Below are positions 42,073 through 52,980 of a DNA stretch of 64,000 nt, one piece after another. The DNA is from an uncultured Chloroflexia bacterium (GTDB lineage Bacteria; Chloroflexota; Dehalococcoidia; DSTF01; WHTK01), in contig CAVQCN010000004.1 of assembly GCA_963711035.1 (NCBI GenBank), positions 28,538-92,537 of the forward strand, in the 5' to 3' direction. Position numbers and translations under genes: made by a program. Within the stretch, counting starts at the first letter, position 1, and each line of letters opens with the position of its first letter. The notes under the pieces were generated by a model, which had not been told where the DNA came from, did no database searches, and was given only the letters and a program-made list of their open reading frames with translations.

Positions 42073-43200
42073 CTAGGAGAAGGCGTCCTTCACCCGCTCG
42101 AAGATGGTGCGTCCTTCCTCTGGATTCGACTCGTCCAGCGTCTCACCGAGGCGCTTGAGCAGGGTCTTTTGCTCCGAGTTGAGCTTCTTCGGCGTCGCAA
42201 CCTGCACGTGGACGTGCATGTCGCCGCGACCGCCGCCGCGCAGGTGGTGGATGCCCTTGCCGCGCAAGTCGATGATCTCGCCGCTCTGAACGCCCGCGTT
42301 GATCTTGACCTTGTGGTGCCCGCCTTCGAGCAACGGCACTTCCACCTCGTCGCCGAGCGCGGCCTGCACGAAGTTGACGTTGAGCTGCACGTGCACGTCG
42401 TCCTCTTCGCGATGGAAGAAGGAGTGCTCCATGACGTCGAGCAGCACGTAGACGTTGCCACGCGGGCCGCCGTAGGAGCCGAGCTCGCCTTCGCCGGCCA
42501 GGCGGATCTGCGAGCCGCGGTCGACGCCGGCCGGCACTTTGACCTCCAGCGTGCGGGTGAAGCGCTCGCGGCCGGACCCTTTGCAGTGCGTGCACGGCGT
42601 CGGCACGATGAGGCCCTCACCTCGGCAGCGGTCGCAGGCCGTCACGTTGATGAACTGACCGAAGACGCTGCGCTGCACGCGCCTCACCTCGCCGGTGCCT
42701 TCGCAGGCGGGGCAGGGCTGTGGTTCCGTGCCGGGCTCGGCGCGCAGTCCTTCGCAGCGTGAGCACAGCTCAGTACGGTTGATGGTGACTGGCTTCGTCG
42801 CGCCAAACGCGGCTTCCTCGAAGGTCAGCTCGACTTTGACCTGCAGGTCAGCGCCGCGGGTCGGTGCGCGACGGCGCGCCTGGGTCGAGGCGCCGAAGAA
42901 GGCGTCGAAGATGTCGCCGAAGCTGCCAAAGGGGCCGAAGCCCTCGAAGCCGCGCGAGCTGAAGTTGTTACCGTCGATGCCGGCGTGGCCGAAGCGGTCG
43001 TAGTTGGCGCGCCGCTCCGGGTCCGAGAGGATCTCGTAGGCCTCGTTGATCTCCTTGAAGCGCGCCTCCGCGCCCGGCTCCGAGTTGCGGTCCGGGTGGT
43101 ACTGCATGGCCAGGCGGCGGAAGGCGCGTTTGATCTCGTCCGCCGAGGCGTTGCGAGGCACTTCCAGGGTTTCGTAGTAATCAGCTTTCTGCGTGGCCAT
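42073..43200 (-). CDS. dnaJ: Chaperone DnaJ
   Basis: HPD J-domain, G/F region, four CxxCxGxG-type repeats. Confidence 0.97.
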   Translation of the reverse strand: MATQKADYYETLEVPRNASADEIKRAFRRLAMQYHPDRNSEPGAEARFKEINEAYEILSDPERRANYDRFGHAGIDGNNFSSRGFEGFGPFGSFGDIFDAFFGASTQARRRAPTRGADLQVKVELTFEEAAFGATKPVTINRTELCSRCEGLRAEPGTEPQPCPACEGTGEVRRVQRSVFGQFINVTACDRCRGEGLIVPTPCTHCKGSGRERFTRTLEVKVPAGVDRGSQIRLAGEGELGSYGGPRGNVYVLLDVMEHSFFHREEDDVHVQLNVNFVQAALGDEVEVPLLEGGHHKVKINAGVQSGEIIDLRGKGIHHLRGGGRGDMHVHVQVATPKKLNSEQKTLLKRLGETLDESNPEEGRTIFERVKDAFS

Positions 43201-43283
43201 AGGTATGAACTAGTGTAACGGCTCGATTCCCGTGCGACGAGGCCCCTTCACGTCACCAAATGCCCGGATGGTAGACTCGCCTC

Positions 43284-43484
43284 ATGATGCCTCACGATGA
43301 CGACGACCTGGACTTCGACGACCTGTCGGACGTCCGTCACCCCGACCACGACCTCTCCGAGTGGGGCATCGCGTACGACCGCGGCCCAGAGCCGAAACCC
43401 TGGTTCCTGCGCCGCGGCTTCCTCCTCGTCGTCGCGGCCCTAGCCATAGGCAGCCTCATCCTGCCCCTCGTCCTGCGGTTGTAA
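43284..43484 (+). CDS. Small acidic protein with C-terminal TM
   Basis: TAGACT 6 nt upstream of ATG; hydrophobic C-terminus. Confidence 0.6.
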   Translation: MMPHDDDDLDFDDLSDVRHPDHDLSEWGIAYDRGPEPKPWFLRRGFLLVVAALAIGSLILPLVLRL

Positions 43485-43503
43485 CCCGGCTGGCTGAATC
43501 GAA

Positions 43504-45207
43504 TTGGCCGACTCGCAGCTCTATCTGGAGATCCTTCTCATTACCACCGCTGCCTTCGTGGGAGGAGCGTTGGCGCAACGGCTGCGCCTGCCCACCATCG
43601 TTGGGTTTCTGATCGCCGGTCTGGCCATTGGACCCAACACACCGGGCCCGGTCATCGCGACTGAGGACATCGAGAAGGCCGCAGACCTCGGTGTCATCCT
43701 GTTGATGTTCGGCGTCGGCATGCACCTTTCCTTCCGTCAGTTGATCGAGCAAAGCCGCCGGTTGATCGTCAGCGGCACAGTGCAGATCGGACTGACCATA
43801 GCCCTGGCTCTGGTTGCAGCCATGCTTCTCGGTCTCGGCACGGACGAGGCTCTTGTGCTCGGATTCCTGGTCTCGATCTCCAGCACGATGGTTGCCGTCA
43901 AAGTGCTAGAGTCGCGGCAGGAAACGCGGACCGTTCACGCAATTGCCGCGATCAACGTCCTCGTCTTCCAGGACCTTGCCGCAGTCGTCATGGTGATCAT
44001 CGTCCCGGCGCTCGGCGGCGGCAGCTTCGACGCGGCGCAGGTCTTGTACGCGATGGGCAAGGGCGTCTTGCTCATCGCCGTGGCGTACGTACTCAGCGCC
44101 GTCGTTCTGCCGGGCCTCTGGCAACTCGTTGCCCACACGCGCTCGCGAGAGTTATCGATGCTCGCGGCGCTAACCCTGGCGGTTGGTCTGGCGGCCGGCA
44201 GCGGCCTGCTCGGCTTGTCGATCGCGTTCGGCGCTTTCCTCGCCGGGCTCGCCGTGTCCGAGAACGCCTACGGCCACGCGAGTCTCTCCGACGTCATCCC
44301 CTTGCGGGACGTCTTCGCCTCGGTCTTTTTCGTGCTGATCGGCATGCTTGCGGAGCCGAAGATCCTGTGGCACGAGCCGCACATGGTCGTGTCGATTCTT
44401 CTCGTCGTCGTCGCCGGCAAGACGCTCGCCTCGACGATCGCGTTGCGTGCCGTGCGGTTGTCCGTGGCTTCGTCCTTGCTCGCCGGCCTCCTGCTCGCAC
44501 AGGTGGGTGAGTTCTCTTTCGTCATCGCACGCACGGCGGTAGACGAGGGCGTGATCGACAACGATCTCGAAGCTTCGTTCCTGGCAGCAGCGATCCTATC
44601 CATCCTGCTGAGCCCGATCATTGTGCGCCTTGGACCGTGGATGCTTATGTGGTCACGCCGTCTGCCATTCCTGGGCGGCGCCTTCGATTTCGAACCGGAC
44701 CTTATGCAGTCAGACCGATTGGACGCGCTGCGGCGGCACGTCGTGATCTGCGGATACGGCGGCGCGGCGGCCGCGCTCGCCCGCAGCCTTTCCGGTCGAA
44801 ACCTGCCCTTCGTCGTGATCGAGAACAACCCGTTCATCTTCGAGCGCGTGCGTCCTGCCGAACCCGACCTGGCCTTCATTTACGGCGACGCTACGCGCCA
44901 GGAAGTTCTCGAAGCTGCACGGGTTTCGGACGCACGCATCCTCGCCATCACGTTTCCCAATGCCGCGGACGTACTGCAGACTGTAACCAATGCCCGCATC
45001 ATCAACCCTGGCATCGACGTGGTAGCGCGCGGCACTCTCGACACGCACGTCATGCTGCGGGCCGCTGGCTCCTCCGAAGTAGTCGACCCTGAATTCGAGG
45101 CAAGCCTGGAGTTCGTGCGGCACGTCCTGCATCGATTCGGTGTCGACGCCCGCGAGATCGGCGCACTGCAGGTCTCCTGGCGATCGGAATACTACGGCTC
45201 GCGCTGA
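43504..45207 (+). CDS. CPA2 cation:proton antiporter with RCK/TrkA-N domain
   Basis: SISST, FQD, GAFLAG, QVGEFSF, VVICGYG, GDAT. Confidence 0.9.
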   Translation: MADSQLYLEILLITTAAFVGGALAQRLRLPTIVGFLIAGLAIGPNTPGPVIATEDIEKAADLGVILLMFGVGMHLSFRQLIEQSRRLIVSGTVQIGLTIALALVAAMLLGLGTDEALVLGFLVSISSTMVAVKVLESRQETRTVHAIAAINVLVFQDLAAVVMVIIVPALGGGSFDAAQVLYAMGKGVLLIAVAYVLSAVVLPGLWQLVAHTRSRELSMLAALTLAVGLAAGSGLLGLSIAFGAFLAGLAVSENAYGHASLSDVIPLRDVFASVFFVLIGMLAEPKILWHEPHMVVSILLVVVAGKTLASTIALRAVRLSVASSLLAGLLLAQVGEFSFVIARTAVDEGVIDNDLEASFLAAAILSILLSPIIVRLGPWMLMWSRRLPFLGGAFDFEPDLMQSDRLDALRRHVVICGYGGAAAALARSLSGRNLPFVVIENNPFIFERVRPAEPDLAFIYGDATRQEVLEAARVSDARILAITFPNAADVLQTVTNARIINPGIDVVARGTLDTHVMLRAAGSSEVVDPEFEASLEFVRHVLHRFGVDAREIGALQVSWRSEYYGSR

Positions 45208-45263
45208 GGCATCGAGATTCAAGTTGACAGCGACCCGCTAAGCTGTATAACGATGGTGCACTG

Positions 45264-45695
45264 ATGATCAGGGATCGACTGCAGGAGTTCTTTGGCGACG
45301 ACTGGGAGGAAACCGTCGATTCTCTCAAGTCGGCGCCCGGCGCGTTCGGCAACATCATGCTGGCTACGGTGCGTCAGGTGCGCATCGTCGACGCCCTGGC
45401 ATTTGCCCTCGTGCTAGTGGGCTGGGCCTGGGTCGTCGTCGGCTATGGCGCCGCCAGCGACCGCCGCATCGAGCTGCTGCTGTTAGCCCTGCTGCCTTCG
45501 GCCCTATGGCTCGCCGCCGGCGTCATCGGCGGCCTCGTCTTCGAGATAAGTGGTATCGGCTACCGCTCGCTGGGCTACTGGGAAGCCTACCTGCTCATCC
45601 TCCTCTTCGCGGTGTTCGGCGTGATCAGCCTACGCCTCGCCCTCAACCCGCAGGACCGTCACGTCTACCGCGGCGGACCCAACGCCGGCGCCTGA
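45264..45695 (+). CDS. Hypothetical membrane protein
   Basis: Three TM helices; TTGACA-N16-TATAAC upstream. Confidence 0.65.
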   Translation: MIRDRLQEFFGDDWEETVDSLKSAPGAFGNIMLATVRQVRIVDALAFALVLVGWAWVVVGYGAASDRRIELLLLALLPSALWLAAGVIGGLVFEISGIGYRSLGYWEAYLLILLFAVFGVISLRLALNPQDRHVYRGGPNAGA

Positions 45696-45931
45696 GCACT
45701 GCGCCCAGCCGTCGAGCTTCGAGCCCAGAAGCATCGAGCCAGGTCCCAAGAGCCAGGCAGCACAAGAGCGCTCGAACACGCTGCCCACCAAAGCGTAGCA
45801 ACCGCGGCGTGGCCGCAAGCAGTAAGCCAAGGCCAGGCTCTTCACTGCGTTCAGAGTGACAACTCGATCTCCACGTCTTCCCGTGCTTTGACGCTCCGTC
45901 TTCCCGCGCCCTATAGTTCAACGCCTGCGCT

Positions 45932-46507
45932 ATGGACCAACCCGACTTCGTCCTCGGCCGACGCATTGCCGTCTGCGGCGTGACCGGCAGCGGCAAGACG
46001 ACGCTGACCCGGCAACTCGGCGCCGCCCTGGGCCTCTCCGTCCTCGAACTCGACGCCCTGCATTGGACGAAGCCGGACTGGCAAGAGCCGGACGAGGCAG
46101 ACTTCCGCGACCGCGTCGAGGCGGCGCTGCTCGCTGCGCCAGAGGGCTGGGTCTGCGACGGCAACTACACGAGCAAGCTGGGCAACATCGTCACGGGCAA
46201 CGCCGACACAATCGTCTGGCTCAACCTGCCCCTGCGTGTCACCTTCTGGCGCCTCCTGCAGCGCACGACGAGGCGCGCCTGGCGCCGGGAGCTCCTCTGG
46301 GGCACGAACCACGAGTCCGTGTGGAAGACGCTCGCCAGCAAGGACTCGATCTTGTGGTGGTCGCTCTCCCAGCACCGTGCGACGCGCGATGGGTGGCGCC
46401 AACGCCTCGCGAAGATCGAACACGCTCGCGTCTGCGAGCTGCGCTCCGCGCGGGAGGTGTCGCGTTTGCTGGCGGCAACTACCGGAGCAACGGCTCGATC
46501 TGCGTAG
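45932..46507 (+). CDS. Adenylate-kinase-like P-loop protein
   Basis: GVTGSGKTT, LDALHW, WVCDGNY. Confidence 0.85.
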   Translation: MDQPDFVLGRRIAVCGVTGSGKTTLTRQLGAALGLSVLELDALHWTKPDWQEPDEADFRDRVEAALLAAPEGWVCDGNYTSKLGNIVTGNADTIVWLNLPLRVTFWRLLQRTTRRAWRRELLWGTNHESVWKTLASKDSILWWSLSQHRATRDGWRQRLAKIEHARVCELRSAREVSRLLAATTGATARSA

Positions 46508-46513
46508 AGCGAG

Positions 46514-46882
46514 CTACGCGCGAGACTTTCGCCGCTGCACCAAATTGCGAGCGTGCAAGTAGAGGCCGAGCGCGAAGAGCGGCGTGTAGATGTTGGCGAT
46601 GTTCGAGGCGAGCCATTTCGGCAGGAAGATGTCGGTGACGGCGCCGTGCTCCGAGCCCAGGTCTTCGGCCAGATCGGTCAGCGGACACCGGAAGCCGTTG
46701 CCGGCGTAGATTAGCGATTCGCCGGCAGCGATGCCGGCTGCCACCGCCGCCGTCCGGTCCGTCTCCCGCCGCACGCCCTTGACGAGGAGCAGCAGGATCG
46801 AGGACTGGATCAGGAAGAACGCCGCCGAGTGAAACGCCTTCACGCCGAAGAGCGCGGCGGCGCGGGTTCGTCGTCCGTTCAT
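46514..46882 (-). CDS. Hypothetical membrane protein
   Basis: NGFRCPLT...DIFLPKW; three TMs. Confidence 0.65.
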   Translation of the reverse strand: MNGRRTRAAALFGVKAFHSAAFFLIQSSILLLLVKGVRRETDRTAAVAAGIAAGESLIYAGNGFRCPLTDLAEDLGSEHGAVTDIFLPKWLASNIANIYTPLFALGLYLHARNLVQRRKSRA

Positions 46883-46907
46883 CTGTCGTTCCCCGTGACT
46901 GACGCTG

Positions 46908-48056
46908 TCACCAGTCCGCGACACTTCCATCGTCGTCGTGGAAGTGCTCGCCGCCCAGCTCTTCCGTGTACTGCGCCATCCTGGACACTTCGCGTTCGTC
47001 CACTTCCACGCCCAATCCGGGCTTGGTGGACAGCTCCATGTAGCCGTCTTTGAGCTTCCAATCCAGCTGGATCGGGCCCTCCAGCTGCTGAGGCCCCGGG
47101 TTCTCCTGGATCAGGAAGTTGGGCACCGCCGCGTCCACGTGCATACACGCCGCGAGGGCAATCGGCCCGATGGCGCAGTGCGGCATGATGTGCATGTAGT
47201 AGACCTCGGCCATGTTGGCGATGCGTTTGAGCTCGCTGATGCCGCCGGCGTGCGACCCGTCGGGCTGGATGTAGGCGCATGCCTGGATCTCGAAAAGGCG
47301 GCGGAACTCCCAGCGGCTCAGCAGCCGTTCGCCCGTCGCGATGGGAAACGGCACGTGATCGCTGACGAGCTTGAGGGCGTCGACGTTCTCTTGCGGCACG
47401 GGCTCTTCGACGAACATGGGCCGCATACCGATGAGCTTCTGACAGACCTCGATAGCGAGCGCCGGGGTCATGCGGGCATGGAAATCGAAACAGACCTCGA
47501 CCTCCGGACCGACCCACTCCCGCATGAGGTAGGCCGACTCGACGAACTGGTCGATCCGCGCCGGCGTGTCGTGGGCGCGCCACTTCAAAGGCCTCACCGG
47601 ACCGCTCTTGAAGGCCTGGTAGCCGCCCACCTTCTGCAAATACTCGAGGCGTTCTCTGGAACGCGCTTTGCCTTCCTCACTCAGGTCGTTGATGTTCCAG
47701 TGTGCGTAGACGCGCACCCGGTCGCGGACGGGCCCGCCCAGAAGCTTGTAGACCGGCACGCCGTAATACTTGCCGGCGATGTCCCAGAGAGCCTGATCGA
47801 TTGCCGAGAGCGCGGTCATGAGCACGGGACCGCCCCGGAAGAAGGCCGAGCGGTAGATGTGCTGCCAGTGATGCTCGATGAGCAGCGGGTCCTTGCCGAT
47901 GAGGTAGTCGGCCAGCTCCTCGACGGCGCCCATCACGCTCTTCGGCTTGCCTTCCAGCGTCGATTCGCCCCAGCCGACGGTGCCGTCGTCCGTGGTGACC
48001 TTGACCAGCCTCATTCGTGGGCGAGGGAAGAATTGCTCGATCTTCGCGATCTTCAT
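46908..48056 (-). CDS. dgoD: Galactonate dehydratase-like enolase-superfamily enzyme
   Basis: GWGE, FFRGGP, DQALWDIAGK, DFH, VEEP, ATGER, DGSVADW; substrate uncertain. Confidence 0.75.
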   Translation of the reverse strand: MKIAKIEQFFPRPRMRLVKVTTDDGTVGWGESTLEGKPKSVMGAVEELADYLIGKDPLLIEHHWQHIYRSAFFRGGPVLMTALSAIDQALWDIAGKYYGVPVYKLLGGPVRDRVRVYAHWNINDLSEEGKARSRERLEYLQKVGGYQAFKSGPVRPLKWRAHDTPARIDQFVESAYLMREWVGPEVEVCFDFHARMTPALAIEVCQKLIGMRPMFVEEPVPQENVDALKLVSDHVPFPIATGERLLSRWEFRRLFEIQACAYIQPDGSHAGGISELKRIANMAEVYYMHIMPHCAIGPIALAACMHVDAAVPNFLIQENPGPQQLEGPIQLDWKLKDGYMELSTKPGLGVEVDEREVSRMAQYTEELGGEHFHDDDGSVADW

Positions 48057-48188
48057 GCGGTGCGTCTCCTGCTCAAGCTCGCTGCAAAGCCATTTCTGAG
48101 CACTTTAACGCCTAACCGCGCCTTCGAAGGAGAGATTCTGATGACTCACTGGGTGGGTGTATCGGTTTGGTGTGACCTCCTTCCCTGC

Positions 48189-48205
48189 TAACGAAAATTT
48201 CGTTA
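48189..48205. promoter_or_regulatory. Perfect 17-bp palindrome, putative operator
   Basis: TAACGAAA-A-TTTCGTTA overlapping a TATCAT -10-like hexamer. Confidence 0.7.
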
Positions 48206-48207
48206 TC

Positions 48208-49737
<1,530 letters not shown>

Positions 49738-49774
49738 GCCGCGAGCTGTTCGCTACGAGCTTCGAGCCGCGTGA

Positions 49775-49809
49775 AAGGGAGGCCTCAGTCAATGACTGAG
49801 GCCTCCCTT
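49775..49809. terminator. Strong hairpin between convergent genes
   Basis: aagggaggcctcagtca-a-tgactgaggcctccctt. Confidence 0.7.
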
Positions 49810-49939
49810 AGTGCTGCGGCTGGAAGTAGCGTTGGGCGGTTGGCAAAGCGTCTTTTGCGGTTGTGAGATTGCTTCGTCGCTGCCGCTCCTCGCAACGACG
49901 AGTTGCGCTCGAAGCTCGTAGCTGAACGCTGTTGGCTCC

Positions 49940-50218
49940 CTAGCACCCGCCGGCAACGGCCGGTACGATCGAGACCTCGTCACCTGCTTTGAGGGACGTG
50001 GTGATGCCGTCGAGGAAACGCACGTCTTCGCCGTTCACGTAGACGTTGACGAAGCGCCGGATCTCCCCCTGCTCGTCGCAGATACGCTCCTTGATGCCGG
50101 GATACGCCGACTCCAGGCCGTCGATGCAGGCCGAGAGTGTACTGCCGTCACCCGAGACGACATCGAGGTCGTTGGTCAGGCCCCGAAGCGGGGTAGGAAT
50201 GCGGACTTTAACCGACAT
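49940..50218 (-). CDS. MoaD/ThiS/CysO-like sulfur carrier
   Basis: VRIPTPLR, FVNVYVNGEDVR, IVPAVAGGC*. Confidence 0.92.
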   Translation of the reverse strand: MSVKVRIPTPLRGLTNDLDVVSGDGSTLSACIDGLESAYPGIKERICDEQGEIRRFVNVYVNGEDVRFLDGITTSLKAGDEVSIVPAVAGGC

Positions 50219-50235
50219 GCATGGTTCCTTTGCTG

Positions 50236-50478
50236 TTATCCCTCGACGATCGTGTCTTCCACCGGGTCGACCCGGACGCCCTTATCGCTGACCCAGTTGA
50301 CGCCGCGCTCGATATCAGCCTGCTCGCCCTCGAGCTCCAAAATGGCCCAGGCGACCTCGGCCGTGACGTCGGCACGGCGGATGTTTGTGACCAGATCGAA
50401 CCGCTTGGCAACCTCCCAGATGATCGGCTCCCGGATCAATTCCTGGGGGAACGTGAACTTGACGCGTAGCTTTGCCAT
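50236..50478 (-). CDS. NIL domain protein
   Basis: FPQELIREPII...TNIRRADV...LELEG. Confidence 0.85.
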   Translation of the reverse strand: MAKLRVKFTFPQELIREPIIWEVAKRFDLVTNIRRADVTAEVAWAILELEGEQADIERGVNWVSDKGVRVDPVEDTIVEG

Positions 50479-50558
50479 CAGCTACCTCCCAATAGCCCTA
50501 GCCGCCAGCGGTTCCCAAACCATACCACGAAGCCCGTATCTGAACGTATGCCCCGCGT

Positions 50559-51821
50559 TTACGGCGCTGCAGCTTCCTCCGCCGTCACCGTCTCGCCCCG
50601 CTGCGCGGCCAAGGCCGCCTCGAACGACTCGATTGTCGGCTTGACCTGCAGCGCCGGCGGCAGCACGTCGGCCACGGCCTCCTGCGTCTTCAGGCCGGCG
50701 CCCGTCACGAACGCGACCACCAGCTCGTCCGGCTTGACGTGGCCCTTGGCGACGAGCTGACGCAGCCCGGAGATGGTCACGCCGCCGGCCGTCTCGGCGA
50801 AGATGCCCTCGGTCTCGGCCAGCAGGCGAATGCCCTCGACGACCTCGTCGTCACTGACGGCAGCGCCGGCGCCGCCGGATTCCGCCATGATCTTCAGCGA
50901 GTAGTAGCCGTCGGCCGGGTTACCGATGGCGAGCGACTTGGCGATCGTGTGCGGCCGCACCGGGCGGAAATTGAACGTGTTGTTCTGCCATGCCGTGACG
51001 ATCGGCGAGCAGCCCGTTGCCTGGCAGCCCGACATGCGCGTCTTCACCGAATCGATCAGGCCCAGGGACTCGAACTCGTGCAGGCCTTTCCAAATCTTGC
51101 CGTAGAGCGAGCCTGAGGCCATCGGCACGACGCAGTGGTCGGGCGCCCGCCAGCCTAGCTGCTCGGCGACCTCGTAGCCCAGCGTCTTCGAGCCCTCGGA
51201 GTAGTAGGGCCGCACGTTGATGTTGACGAAGGCCCACTTGTACTTGTCACCCAGCTCGGCACAGAGGCGGTTGACGTCGTCGTAGGAGCCTTCGACGGCG
51301 ACCAGGTTGGCGCCGTAAATCTTGGAACCGAGCAGCTTGCCCGCCTCGAGGTCGTTGGGCACGAAGACGAAGGCATCGAGGCCGGCACGCGCCGCATGCG
51401 CGGAGACGGCGTTGGCCAGGTTGCCGGTCGAGGCGCAGGCCAACGTGGTGAAGCCGAACTCGCGCGCCTTGGTCGCTGCGACGGTGACGACGCGGTCCTT
51501 GAAGGACCAGGTGGGGTTCGCGCAGTCGTTCTTGATGTAGAGGTTCTTGAGGCCGAGGACCTCGCCCAGGTTCTGGGCCTTGATCAGTGGCGTGTAGCCC
51601 GCCTGCAGGTCGACCGGCTCGCCCTCGCAGGGCAAGAGGTCGCGATAGCGCCACACGGACTGCGGCCCCTTCTCGATGCTCTGGCGCGAGACGGTCTTCT
51701 GCATCGCTTCGTAGTCGTAGACCACCTCCAGGGGGCCGAAGCAGAACTCACAGACGTGCTTGGGGGCTATGGGGTACTCGCGGCCGCACTCACGGCAACG
51801 CAGCGCATTGGCAAAGGACAT
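50559..51821 (-). CDS. thrC: Threonine synthase family PLP enzyme
   Basis: NPTWSFKDR, ASTGN, EGSKT, TGAGLK; N-terminal Zn ribbon. Confidence 0.9.
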   Translation of the reverse strand: MSFANALRCRECGREYPIAPKHVCEFCFGPLEVVYDYEAMQKTVSRQSIEKGPQSVWRYRDLLPCEGEPVDLQAGYTPLIKAQNLGEVLGLKNLYIKNDCANPTWSFKDRVVTVAATKAREFGFTTLACASTGNLANAVSAHAARAGLDAFVFVPNDLEAGKLLGSKIYGANLVAVEGSYDDVNRLCAELGDKYKWAFVNINVRPYYSEGSKTLGYEVAEQLGWRAPDHCVVPMASGSLYGKIWKGLHEFESLGLIDSVKTRMSGCQATGCSPIVTAWQNNTFNFRPVRPHTIAKSLAIGNPADGYYSLKIMAESGGAGAAVSDDEVVEGIRLLAETEGIFAETAGGVTISGLRQLVAKGHVKPDELVVAFVTGAGLKTQEAVADVLPPALQVKPTIESFEAALAAQRGETVTAEEAAAP

Positions 51822-52192
51822 GGCCAGTACCTCGTGTTTCCTGTGCCGACCCCGATAGTCGGGGCCCATTCTCCTTCCGTGTGGCCTCGGAAGGGTCTAC
51901 TAGACGAAGGGTGAGTTAGCGCCGCCCCTGTGAACCGGCCGGAGGCCGGAGGGGCCCGGGCATCGCCATTCGGCCCGAGTCAAGGACGTTATGTCCGTTC
52001 ATCGTGGCATGGATGGTATCAAGAAGCGAAAAGAGGAATCAAGGCGGAGGCTCTGGTAAGAGGCCTGAAACACGCAGCACGTCGTAGTGTCAATCCCACT
52101 AACCAGGTTCAAAAGCATCGCGCGACATAACTCCTTCGGGATAGTCGCGCGATGACCTCTTTGTGGTTCTACACAACTGGACGCCGGTTATG

Positions 52193-52223
52193 AGAAAGGG
52201 GCTCACCTTAGCGAGCCCCTTTC
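52193..52223. terminator. Terminator-like hairpin
   Basis: gaaagggctcac...gcgagcccctttc. Confidence 0.55.
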
Positions 52224-52245
52224 TTAGCGAGAGGAACGCAACCCC

Positions 52246-52395
52246 TCAGTCCATAGCTTCGGCAGGATGCGGCCGGTTGCGCAGGCGCAGGCCGGCGAAT
52301 ATCAGCGGCAGCGCGAAAATCGGCACCCACCACGCGAAGACGAGCACCCGGACGGCGCCGCCCACGATGTCACCCAGGAAGGCAAGACTGTCGTT
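52246..52395 (-). repeat. Orphan duplicate of the last 150 bp of the DUF4349 gene
   Basis: About 12 mismatches versus 52981-53130 by hand count. Confidence 0.92.
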
Positions 52396-52861
52396 ATAGC
52401 AGCGCCCGCAGCTCGTCCAGCACGGGGTTGAAGTCCCGTTCTGACGCCGGCACCGGGCCCGGCTCTCCGACGTCCAACAGCGCGAAGGCGATATTACGCC
52501 GTTCGAGAAGCTGAATGGCGAGCCGGATCGCGCCCTTGCCGTCGTCATCCGGGCTCTCAGCCAGGCTCTCCGAAGCAGCGGGAGTAAGCGAGAGCTCGTC
52601 AGCGGGGCGCGGTGGAGAAACCTGCTCGTCGGGGGGATAGATTCTCGTGAAGCTCATTCCCCGGCCGCTGGACTCAAATATCAATTTGTGAGCCTGCCGG
52701 ACGCGTTCTTCCGTAATGCTGTGCGAGGCAAGGACGGACACTACGTCCGAGTCAGATAGCCGCAAGAGGCCAAGCAGCAGATGCTCTGTTCCCAAGAAGG
52801 CAACACCTGTCTGCCTCGCTTCTTGCTCGGCGTTCTGGACTACGGCGGCAATGTCGTTCAC
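52394..52861 (-). CDS. Clp N-terminal (repeat) domain protein
   Basis: AEQEAR...FLGTEHLLLGLL; less GC-biased codons; GTG start inferred. Confidence 0.7.
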   Translation of the reverse strand: MNDIAAVVQNAEQEARQTGVAFLGTEHLLLGLLRLSDSDVVSVLASHSITEERVRQAHKLIFESSGRGMSFTRIYPPDEQVSPPRPADELSLTPAASESLAESPDDDGKGAIRLAIQLLERRNIAFALLDVGEPGPVPASERDFNPVLDELRALL

Positions 52862-52980
52862 TTTGTCCCGATCACCTCGTATGCGGTCACATGGCCCACC
52901 GGCTTTTAACGTAGCAGATCTACTCGTCGAGTAGTCATTCGCCAAGATTTCAAGATGCAGACATTTCTCGCTCACGTCTC

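Noticed and set aside
51825-52000. Assignment as SAM-I, Moco, fluoride or c-di-AMP riboswitch
   Set aside because: Only short partial matches; core consensus elements missing
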